Shown here: positions 53,094 through 64,000 of the stretch, in pieces | Layout of the letters: each line of letters begins with the position of its first letter | Position numbering within the stretch: the stretch's first letter is position 1 | NCBI GenBank assembly: GCA_013239625.1 | Contig: MU053561.1 | Location: forward strand, 4,031,992-4,095,991 | Reading direction: 5' to 3' | Source of the DNA: Lama guanicoe | Taxonomy: Eukaryota | Length of the DNA stretch: 64,000 nt | Made by a program: the position numbers and the translations under genes | Notes under the pieces: model-generated | What the model saw: only the letters and a program-made list of their open reading frames with translations | What the model was told of the DNA's origin: nothing | The model's database searches: none

Positions 53094-54965
53094 AAAAGAA
53101 AGACATGGATGACACAGAGTCCCTCAGATTCCCCAAAGATTTCAACTGAGCTTCTCTGGGGTGCAGGAATGGAGTCAGGGACCCTGAGGAAAGAAGGGCT
53201 GAAATTCTGGGAGGGGGTGGGAGTACAGAGACCAGTGCTCCTGAACAGAAAGCACCACTCTAGGGCATCTTTCTGCCTAAAGAACAATCACTGTGACCAT
53301 GGATGAGGGGTCTGCCACTCTCACACAGTGTCCCTTGGTTCCCCTGGTTTCTTGGTGCTGCTATTGAATGGAACGTTGGCCTGGACAGAGCCAGCCAGTC
53401 ACTTCTTGCAAGAGATAAGGAACAGAGTAAGCCGCACAAGCTCCTCATTATCCCTTAGTTGCCCTCTCCCACCTTGATGGTCCTCCAAGACCTTGAAGCA
53501 TATTTAGGCATGGAGAAATGATAAGCATATGGCCGCACAGAAAGACGGGTGACAGTGGACAGACATCACTGTTCCACAGCTCACCTTGCAGGCTTCCTCT
53601 TAAGACAGTCCTCATCCAGAAAATGGAAACAAGTGGGAAAACAGACAAAAAATATGATGTGAGGCTCTGGGGAAGGTAAGAGCAAGCAATGACCAGGAGG
53701 AAGTAAAAGCTGTTCTTTCCCACAAAGACCAATAAGAAATTGGCAGGCAGAACATTCTTGAATGAAAGAAGCAATCAATCAGTGAGTCAATTAATTGCAC
53801 TTATTCCAGCTGGTTTTTCAACAGTTTGACGCCAGAGGCATCAATGGAGAAGAGCAAGAGGGAGCCAGTGTGGAGGATCTAGGGGTCTATATGGACTTGT
53901 CCTGGACCCATTTCAGCCTCAGAACTGGAGTCAAAGTGTTTGAACGTTTGAAAAGTTCCGCAGTGGAAAACCCCCAAAGAAAAGACCCTGTTGAGCCATT
54001 TGGCTCCAGGGCAACACACACCAGATTCACTTCCTGTACCACCATATGTTCAACAAACACAAAATGTGTTTTGTTCTGTGAGACTGGTTCATATAAATGA
54101 CACGAGCTAACTTTACCACATCCAGAAATGTTTGAAATAAAATAAAAATCACAGTTGGCCCTAGACCAACTCTAAACGTTCAGAATGTTTAATTCCAGGT
54201 TTTTCACCCACTTGAGGGTAGCAAGGGCATTTCCCAACAGACGTCCCCTCCTTGTCACTGAATTCGTTGCCTGCCCTCCTTCCCCTCTTCCCCTGACACC
54301 CCCTCCCATGGTTCCCCTTCTAGCCTCATAGACTGAAAGCTTAACAAGCATTTTTTACTCTTTCTTCCCATTATTCCTGATTCCAATGACATTATATCCT
54401 GCTATTTCTTCCTCTGAAAAACATTTACATTTGCTCTTAGTTTTCTATCTATATGGCTATAACCCCAGCCCAGGCCCTCCTCCTCTTGCACCTGTTTTAT
54501 GACCTTCCTGCCACCCATGTCTTCCCTCCTATGCTGTCTGCAGGACGGGGTCTTTTCTCATGCCATACGGCCAGGTCACGCCAGTGACTTTCCATCCCTA
54601 CCCAGACTTGTCTCCCCTTAATCACACTGAGCTCATCGTCAGGGGGAATCTGTTCCATCACCAAAGGTTTGAATTCTGAAGCCCTTCATACCTGCCTGGT
54701 GGAGACTGCCCAATCTTTATGGCTAACTAAGGGGCCATTTCTCTCGTGAAGTTTCCCCAGCTCCCCCCGTAACAAAAGTTCTGTGTTACTTTGCTCACAC
54801 TTTCGCTTAACACTTACCACATTTTATCCTTTAAGTGGTGATATAGAGCTAACTTATTAGCTATTTATCCATCTCAGTCAATCCCCTTCCTTGCAGCTGT
54901 CTGCATAGAGCCTTACAGCAGTAAACTCTGGGTAGCATTACTCATTGCTTACCCTAGCCCTTTCT

Positions 54966-55374
54966 CTTTTTTTTTTTTTAACATTTTTTATTGATTTATA
55001 ATCATTTTACAATGTTGTGTCAAATTCCAGTGTTCAGCACAATTTTTCAGTCATTCATGGACATATACACACTCATTGTCACATTTTTTTCTCTGTGATT
55101 TATCATAATATTTTGTGTATATTTCCCTGTGCTATACAGTGTAATCTTGTTTATCTATTCTACAATTTTGAAATCCCAGTCTATCCCTTCCCACCCTCTA
55201 CCCCGCCCCCGATAACCACAAGTCTGTATTCTCTGTCCATGAGTCTATTTCTGTCCTGTATTTATGCTTTGTTTTTGCTTGTTTGTTTGTTTTTGTTTTT
55301 GTTTTTTAGATTCCACATATGAGCGATCTCATATGGTATTTTTCTTTCTCTTTCTGGCTTACTTCACTTAGAAC
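54966..55374 (-). mobile_element. Young 5'-truncated lineage-specific L1 3' end
   Basis: Poly-T head on +, L1 3' UTR (ttagattccacatatgagcgatctcatatggtatttttctttctct...ggcttacttcacttagaa), perfect 15-bp TSD ACCCTAGCCCTTTCT at 54951-54965 and 55375-55389. Confidence 0.93.
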
Positions 55375-55509
55375 ACCCTAGCCCTTTCTGATTCTCTCTG
55401 CTTATGTAAATCCTACCTACCCTTCAAGGCTCACCTCTATTTCTAAACTTCTGCGCAGGATCCTGAAGTGCAAAGTCCTGCCGAATCAATTTCATCTCTT
55501 TCTAGGACA

Positions 55510-56690
55510 GGATTATTCTAGATTGGCAGGTTAGAGAATCTGACTTTGTAATGAATACGACTGCAGCAAAGCATTTGATAAGCATTTCAAGACAGCCTCA
55601 TGAACAAGCATAGGAAAACAAGGGCTAGATACTAAGATACACTAGCTGGATGGTATAATTAGGACAGCTATAAATAATTGAATTACCATATCCGAAGGAT
55701 CCTTAGCACGATACTTAAGTTTTCAACAAATATTTCTTGAGCTCCATATTTTCATTAATGGCTTAAATTAAGGTATGTAAGGCATGCTTAATATGCAAGT
55801 GGGTAATAGCCAATAACAACCTTCCAAATACAGGAACAAGTGCAGGGGAGTTGGACATGACTTATCAGCAATAGGTTTGAAAAATATCTAAGAGTTTTGA
55901 CTGATACTAAACTCAATATGTCATAATAGAAGGATAGAAGGAAAAAGAAAGGAAGGAGGGAAAGAAAAAAGAAAAGAGAAAGAAGAAGAAAAAAATAAAT
56001 GACTTCAGGTGACATAAAAGAAGTCAAGCAGTGCTTCTGAAATCTTCATGGCGCACTAGGGAGACTAATGTGTGCGATACTTCAACAAATAGCTCTGAGG
56101 TCAAATAAAATTGGGAAACACTAGCATAAAGGTAAACAGAACTACTCAGATCCTTTGGCATGCTAATGTACATTTCAAAATCTCCAAGAGCGAGGATAAT
56201 CTGCAAGATTCCCCAAATGTGTTTGATAGAAACTAACTGACCTCCCATCCGTGACCCCAGAGGATGTCACAGAAGTTGGGATGAATGGAACTCACTTTGG
56301 GAAGCATGACTTACAGTAAAGGAATCCAGCTCCCTGGGCTGATCAGAGCCTGATCTAGAGTGTGGCGTGCAGCTCCAGGCACCTCAGAGGAAGAGGAATA
56401 GAGATCTGTTGAACAGGATTAGGAAGAGCAGTCAGGTTGGCACAAATATTCAAAACCATAATATCTGAGGAATGTTGGAAATTTCAACATGTTTTGCCTG
56501 GGGAAAAGCTGACTTGGCAGGGGTGTGAGATGATAACAGAAGGTTGAGGGCTTGATCATTGTAATTAAATACGCGAAGAGTTGGCAGATAAGGAAGGGAT
56601 TAGACTTGTTCATGTGTGATCTCAAAAGAGAGAACTAGGACTGATGGTTGGAACCCTCAGGGAGTCATATTTTAACTCACCTTATACAGT
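55510..56690 (+). mobile_element. Fragmented CR1/L3 LINE, with a probable hAT MITE fragment inside (~56027-56250)
   Basis: DCSKAFDK at 55559-55582; C-terminal-type sequence at 56330-56680. Confidence 0.65.
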
Positions 56691-59041
56691 TTCCTTTATA
56701 CATGCTCCTTTTGGCTAAAATTCTGGTGTAATATTTATTGTCCAGCTGGCAGTATTATATTCAAGAGTTTCCAATTCTCTTGTTTTTCATTCTTTTCTGC
56801 CCAGCAACAGGAGTTGAGTCATGAGGGATCAAACAGGACATTCAAATTCTACCTGAAGTAGTTTGAGAAAAGTTGAGTCCGTGGGTGAATCCCAGCCAAG
56901 AGCTTGAGGGGAAGCTAAGAGTCAAGCCAAGAAGAACAAAGAGCAACCTAAGTCCAAGGGTAGGAGACAGTCAACAGCAGGCAGGGCCAAGAGTCGGGCC
57001 CAGGCAGAAAGAACACTGGAATGGGTACAGGTCAAGAACCTGGTCTGGGATCATTGCCGTAAACAGCAGCTCATCTGTAGGGAATCAGTATATGAGATAT
57101 TAGACTGACATAAAGATGCGGGACAGCAAGGGGTCTCAGACAGCCAAGCTGGGCAGCAGTAAGAAGCCTTTCTTAGGCTGTCCCAAGTGGATAATCTACC
57201 ACAGATAATAAGCAGTTAAGTGACACTCAGACAAAACACAAATACTTGAGTAAATTCCAAAATCCTCCTTCATTCACTCTTCTTAGACTTACATCTTAAG
57301 GATCTTTCCACTACTTCGAATTTCTTTAGCACTTGTTCTAATTGGTCCAAGCTTCTTGTTTTACAGTGAGGAGACAGAAGCCCAGAGAGGGGCAAAGATT
57401 TGCCACAGTGACATAATTTGATAGATTATGGAAAAGCAGGCTCGAGCCAAGATCCTCTGGGTTGCCCATCCCCTCCTCGTCCCTTTGTGTCCACCATGGT
57501 GCCCAGTACAATGATCAGCTCCCAGTCTCTATCCCATAAATGTTGGTCGAAGTAAATTAAGTAGGCATCAGTGTGTCAATGACTAGTGTTGGCTTCTCTA
57601 TTTAAGTACGTCTCGACTTAAGTGATATGAAGTAGGAAGACTAAGGAACAAATACAGCTCCTGCGCTGGATGCAGGCTGATGTCCCTATTTGGCATGGGG
57701 GCGGGAAGGGTCCCTAACTTGGGCATATTCCTCATAAGAGTGCTGACCCAAGTAAGACTCTGTGAGCCCCGATATACATCGGATTCTGAGCTGATGCTGA
57801 AGAAGGGCTCCTGGGGGGCTTTGGTCCTTGGTCACCTAGAAATACAGTGCAATTTTAAGTTGAAATATGGGCTATGGGTTTTCCCTTGCCTGGCATTTGG
57901 GAACTCCCCCAGGCCCCAGAATCATGCTGCCAGAAAAGGCCATTAACTCCCACAACTCAGGGGTAAGTGCTGCTTCCCAGCCAAGACTCATAAAATTTCA
58001 AACAGAAATCCTTCCGAACCCAGGAAGATCAGCCTTGTTGACAAGAAACACATGGGCCGAGCCAACACATGGAACACATTTTGCTCTGAACAGCTTCTTT
58101 TGATGCCGTTTCTAAGGGCTGAGACCACAGCTCTCTGCACCTTCATGGCAAGTGCTCAACTCTTGTTTCTCTAGGTCTTGGCATCTCATTAGAGCTCCTA
58201 GAATCTGGGACTGTTGACTCTCAATGCTTTCATTGTGCCACAGAAGTGGCCCCTGGCCCTTTGGGCATGAACACATTACACATTGTCCGTATCTCAGACT
58301 GTTTCCTCCATCACTGACACAGACACAGACTCAGCTGTAAGTGTGGGCCTCTGCTGTAGGGCAGACAGCCTGATACGGAACGCTCATCCTTGCATGCACT
58401 GAGGACCTTTTCTGTTTGTTTCACCTCCCTAAATGAGCTGCAATGCAGGACCTCTCCTCTGGACTCTCAACAGCACTCGGCAGCTCCCACCATCCTTATC
58501 TATTCTGCTAGGTCTTCCCCAGCTGTCAGCACTGCGCTCATTACTGAGTGCCCTACCTGAGAAGAGCCCGTTCCAGGCCCCAGACTGCGTCCACCAGTCC
58601 CTTCTTCCCCACCCTCAAGCATTCTGTAAGTCTTTCTCCCAATCTGGAATGCTTTGTTTCCTTCATATCCCTTCTCTTCTACCTCAGTTAATCCTCTAGG
58701 AAACCTTTCCAAGTTGACCTCTCCTAGCCCAGATCATTGTCTTTCTCCTTTCATTTTAGCCCTCTAATCTTTTAGCCACACTGCCGTGACTTACGTGCAG
58801 GGAAATGAAGTTTGGGGGAATGTTGGCCATGCTTATCTTCTAAAATTTTCTTTTGTTTCACTGAAGTTAATCAGTGTGGGTGGATGAGGGGATGAATGGA
58901 TGGATGGATGGATAGATGGGTTAAAAAAAAAAAACGGTGATATCCACCAGGCCCCAGTCCTTGTCTAACCCTAAATTCCTATAACTGGTACAAGAATCTT
59001 AAGTGCAGTACTCAAAAAAGTACTTAAGAATGGTACTTTCT

Positions 59042-59150
59042 GGGGGTAGGTATAACTCAGTGGTAGAGCACGTGCTTAGCATGCATAAGGTCCTGGGTTT
59101 AATTCCCAGTACTTCTATTTAAAAAAACCAAACAAACAAACAAAAAATAA
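59042..59150 (+). mobile_element. tRNA-derived camelid SINE (short Vic-1-like form)
   Basis: gggggtaggtataactcagtggtagagcacgtgcttagcatgcataaggtcctgggtttaattcccagtac followed by A/CAAA tail. Confidence 0.9.
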
Positions 59151-59405
59151 AGATACTTTTCTCTGGTCATGAAGCCAGTTTTTTTTATCACGAGAAACTG
59201 CCAACATCAAGGTCCCAATCACGAAATCTACTCTGCTCTGAGCAAAGCTATCAGAGGGCCTGGACCTGGGCTTATGGTTCTGGTCTGTGTTCTGGTCATC
59301 ACTCTCAGTAAAACTGAGGAGACCTCTTCTTGACTAACCCCTCTTCTCCCTGGCAATCACCTGCTGCTCTCAGGTATCCACCAACAGCCATCAAAAAAAC
59401 CCTCC

Positions 59406-59744
59406 TGTCTTAGTTCAGGCTGCTGTAACAAAATACAATAAACTGTCCATAAATGGCAGAAATTCATTTCCCAGTTCTGGAGTCTGGAAACTCCAAGATC
59501 AAGGCGTCGGCAGATTCAGTGTTTGGTGAGAGCCCTCCTCCTGTTGCATAGACAGCTGTGTCCTCACATGGTGGAAGGGGTGAGGGAGCTCTCTCGGGCC
59601 TCTTTAAAAGAACCAAATCCCATTCAAGTGGTCTCTGCTGTCATGACGCATCACCTTCCAAAGGGCCCACCTCCGAACACCATCTTGAGGGGCAAGATTT
59701 CTACATGTGAATTGCAGAGGGACACAACCATTCAGCCCATGGCA
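59406..59744 (-). mobile_element. MaLR solo LTR (MLT1A-like) with perfect 5-bp TSD
   Basis: TGTCTTAG...ATGGCA termini; TSD CCTCC at 59401-59405 and 59745-59749. Confidence 0.9.
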
Positions 59745-60351
59745 CCTCCCAGGTCCCATTTTACCCTTTTTTTCTGTATATCTAACAACAACCAAATGTG
59801 TTCACTTAAAAGATTTTTCTGTTGGCACTATTTAAGAATGAAGAGGAGTGGGGGTGGGGGTGGAGAAGTTAAACATCAGACATAAGCCGTCTAACCACAG
59901 AAGAGAGCAGAGAATTGGGAGAGAAAAAGAGCCCCTTCCCAGAGGGCCTGTGGTGTCAATTAGACATGTGGAGGGAGCACAGCAAGTCAGGGCAGGTGCT
60001 CTAGGGAGACAGGTGGCAGCCAAGGATAACTGAGTTTGTTCCTGGCCAGGCTGCCTGTCACCTGCCACCTTCGAGGCAGCTCAGGGGAAGGCTCAAGGGA
60101 GAGATTCGAAAGAGGACAGAGTCGTGATGAATTACTTCCAATAATACGTAGAAATGAAAAACGGCTGAAGGGGCCAATACTCGGCTTCTGACACCTGTCC
60201 TCTTATATTCCTGCACATGAGAGGGAGACCGAAAGGACAGTACTGATGGGTGAAACTGCTCCCCAACCTCCACCAGACTAAGAGGAAAAGGCAGGCCTGA
60301 GAACCCAAAGAGAGGTGTCCAGGATTCGACACTGACCTTACTGTCTATCTT

Positions 60352-60354
<3 letters not shown>

Positions 60355-60387
<33 letters not shown>
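60355..60387. repeat. (TG)n microsatellite
   Basis: Seen directly. Confidence 0.96.
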
Positions 60388-60389
<2 letters not shown>

Positions 60390-63300
60390 ACTGTTTCAAA
60401 GTTAGTTTATTCTTCTAACATATGTTACTGTGCTGAACCCTTGTGTGTGGGTGACATCTTCCAGCCTCACCCATGCCATAACCCTGCAGCATTCTCTCTT
60501 CATAAATTCCAGGACTAGAACCCAAAGACATCTCAGTCCAACACATCTTGTCACACAGAAATAAAAGCAAAACTAAAACCTAGACACTGCGGAATGCCTC
60601 ATAAAGCTGCCCCAACACACAATCCAGGCTCAGATTTCCCAATTTAAAACTGCTGCTCCTAAGACAACCTTCTTAACTGCAAGTGCAATAGGTAGATCAA
60701 GAAAGATGGATTTTAACCCTTTTATTACAAGAAAGTACTGACATCAGTTCAAGGCCATGATATTGAAGGAGAGTGTATTGAGCAAAGATGATGAACGCTG
60801 GCAAAGTCTGTCCAATGTGAGACTCAACCCTGGTTCATCAAGGACGCAGCTGGGACTCTGCTGAGACCCACAACCCCCATCTCTATCCTCTGAATGTGTC
60901 CCTCTCTCCCTGGAGCAGCAATCTGGTAAAACGGAGAAGAAAAGTGGAAGGCTGTGAGCACTCAGGTCCCGATCCTTGAGTTCACCTGACTAGTTTATTC
61001 CTCTTTGAGACAGTCACCTCCATTTACTAGATGGCAACTCCCCCAATTACACAGCAGTAAATTATAGTGTTAGTTGCAATTGAGTTTTTGTATTGTTCCC
61101 TTTCTTCAGTGATTTCAAAACTTGAGGAGGATGAGTGTTTTAGAGTGAGCCACCCAGAGGAAGGGAGAAGAGATTCACAAGGTTTGACAGTTCTGATGAA
61201 TGAATAATTGAAACGTCACAGATTGATTCCTCAGGAGACATGGAAATAGCTAAGACACTGGGTAGAGGGGTGAGGGGGAGGCAAAAGCCTTTCTTGGAGA
61301 GGAAGGACTCTACCTGGTTGGTAAGAGGGTGGCAGCTTTCAGTCCCTTCCAAGCTCCCCCTACGACACAGGGGGTGGGAAGTGCTAAGACGGGGGTAAAA
61401 ATGGCTTCCCTACTGGTGCCCGGGCCTCCAGTGCCGGCTTCCAGAGCTGAGGCTGGGCTCGACACTAGACCCAAATCCTCAACTGCTGAACTATTTGAGG
61501 GAAGCCCAGATAGAGGCACCTTGAGCCTGTGGTTCATTTCTCTTCATCCCCCACTGTGAATGGGGAAACTGGGACAAGCCCTGATGTGTGCAATGAAAGC
61601 TGTCTTTCTGGATTTGCAAGTAGATTAATGAGGTTGAGTTTTATAGAAAACAGGTTTCCAAACACATTAGCCACAGGCCAAACATCTCAGAGGAATTTTA
61701 TTTTTAGAAGAACCTTAAAAGTATTTTCTTTACAGTATGGGAGACTAAAATCAATCCATGTTGATTACTTGAAACTATCTAGTGTCAACTTTCCGAGACA
61801 AGAGAGCCATTTGACAAACTCTTGCTGGAGTAGGGCTGCATGCTTGGCTAGCACGAGGGCAAACCTCACTCAGGAAAACTGGGAGTGGAGAGGGTGGGAG
61901 GCACTCTCACAGTGACACTCGTCAGTCCCCTGCTCTTAAAGTTGTCTGACAGAAACTGCCAGGTCGGAGAACCAAGTTCCTATTTGGCTTTGTCACAGTC
62001 TTGAGCATGTCACAACTCTGCTAAGTCTCAATATTTCTACTTCTATGAAAAGAATTGCAAAAACCATTTCCCTTCTAGCCCGACAATTGCTTTCAGAACG
62101 ATGAAGACACACCTGCGATTTCTTCAGCTTTGCTAAAGGAACACACTTATCGGAGCAAATTTGAGTCAAATAATATCTGGAGGCTTTCCATTTAAAGTAG
62201 AAACAAGTTCATGATCACTGTTCCAGTCCTTCCAACAAACCTGTGAAGCAGGTAATACAGATGAGAGATTGGGACTTAGACTGTGTATTTTTCTCAGACC
62301 CAGAGCTATTAGGTGATACAATGGTACGATTCATTTGTTTCTACGGCAGCAATTTCTCATCATCTTTTCTAGCTGATTTCTGTGACTGGCTGCAGCAGAT
62401 GTACCTGTCTCAAGAGTTTAGGGCTGAACAGTAGTGGTAATAGTTACTACCAACTGAGGCTCTGCTATGAGCCGTGTGTTTGGACAGTTACGTTCATTGA
62501 CTCGAATCCTCACAGCGACCCTGAAAGTAGACAGTATTGCTCTTACTTTATAGATTGGTAAGGCTAGGCTCACTTAAATAAAAATGATGGAGTAAGGAGT
62601 CAGATCTCGGCAGTGCCACCTTCCACTCCATGATTGAGGAGAGAACAAATTCCATCGGCGGCTCTGTGGAAAGTCTAATGATTATCCCAGTATCCCTAGG
62701 GTCCCAGGGACTTCAACTCAGGGTGCTATCATCAGGGCCAAAAGTTAAAAAGTTATCCAAAATCTACATACTGATGGCTGTGGAACATCCAGAGGGTATG
62801 GTAACCACATCAGTCTATGAAAACCTCCTAAGTGAGTGGGAAAATCACTTATGTCCTAGGGGAAGCAGCCAGAACTTACTCACCTTCCACCTCAGAATAC
62901 AGCATATTATGACCATTTTTTAAAGCAACTATTTGCATGTCTACCAAATATATCATCTTCTTTATAAGATTATAATCTTTGGGGGAGCAGGGCCCTTAGG
63001 TTATACTTCGAGTCCGCCTTGCCCAAAGAGACTCTAAAGCAGATACTCCATGAATACGTCCAACCCACTGGGTGGGTGGGGTGGGTTGACTGACTGGGCT
63101 GCATGAAAGTTTAGGGGAGACTTCAGTTTACCTCCCTAGAAATTCTCCCCCCCCACCAAAAAAACTGTGTAAAATAAGAAATAGGGGTTGGGGAACTACA
63201 TTAAAAATTGCCCAAGGAAACAAGGTGTAGAACACTTTAACAGATCAGAAAATTCCATCCCACACTCAACCCAGAAGGGATAAAGTTAACACAATGTAAA

Positions 63301-63944
63301 AAGTAAACAATGGAAAAGCCAGAGGATTTTTCCCCTCCAGGAGTCCAGCAAAACTGCAGCACTGCAAAATGTGTCTTGTTCCAGGTAGCGCGTAACAAGC
63401 GTGCCGTCCCGGGGGTGTGAAAGCGCTGTTCTCAAGTCAGGGCTCAACATACACACTCCTGCAGGGACTTTTGCCGAAGTTCTCACAAGTCCATCTGTGC
63501 TTTCTTTCTGGAAGGTTCCCTTCCCAGGAATATATCCATAAACGAATCACTGTAATCGCCCCCAGGACAGGGCTCATCTTCAGGAGCTTTAGAACCCACT
63601 TTACATATAGAAGAAAGCACCCCCCACCCCAGATCACTGAGAGAACTAAGAGGAACAGAAGGGTAACCACCATTATCAGTTTGTTGGTTTTTTTTTTAAA
63701 GAAAACCTCAAGTGCAGTAAACACTTCATTACACATGTATAACTTTGTGATTTTACAAATTTTCCACCTCATCTGCCATCATAGGGTGACATCTCCTTGT
63801 GCCCCCAAATCCACAGGGCCTCCTAGCACCTGCCATGAGTCAGTGAGGATTCAGGGAATGCTTCTGCATTTTACTATCAGCTAAAGCAAGCATAATACAG
63901 TTCAACTGCTAGTCTCCTTCTCTCCCCCATCCCCGCTCACTCTC

Positions 63945-63953
63945 CACACACAA

Positions 63954-63984
<31 letters not shown>
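63945..63984. repeat. Interrupted (CA)n microsatellite
   Basis: Seen directly. Confidence 0.9.
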
Positions 63985-63985
<1 letters not shown>

Positions 63986-64000
63986 TTCAAAGCTAATTAT

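Noticed and set aside
1..64000. CRISPR arrays, operons, rRNA or a second protein-coding gene
   Set aside because: Mammalian repeat-rich DNA; no regular repeat-spacer array and no additional exon chain could be supported.

Overview
Mammalian genomic DNA, almost certainly camelid (camel/alpaca/llama), judged from three tRNA-derived SINEs and a young L1 3' end that match my recollection of camelid-specific families, plus the NGF protein variant. The only well-supported protein-coding feature is the terminal coding exon of NGF (+ strand; acceptor AG 2000-2001, ATG 2014, stop ending 2742; 242-aa prepro-NGF), followed by a short AU-rich 3' UTR. The remaining ~61 kb is downstream DNA rich in interspersed repeats (MIR, L2, several CR1/L3 relics, old L1s, MaLR LTRs, hAT MITEs, camelid SINE/L1), with microsatellites and two assembly gaps. 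I see no clearly new multi-gene system. The best leads are: substitutions in mature NGF (the seminal ovulation-inducing factor of camelids); a near-consensus androgen/glucocorticoid response element and a CpG-rich putative antisense promoter just downstream of NGF; an unusually long unexplained ORF at 13.3-14.05 kb; and some atypical retro-insertions. Repeat subfamily names come from recalled consensus sequences, and their boundaries are approximate.
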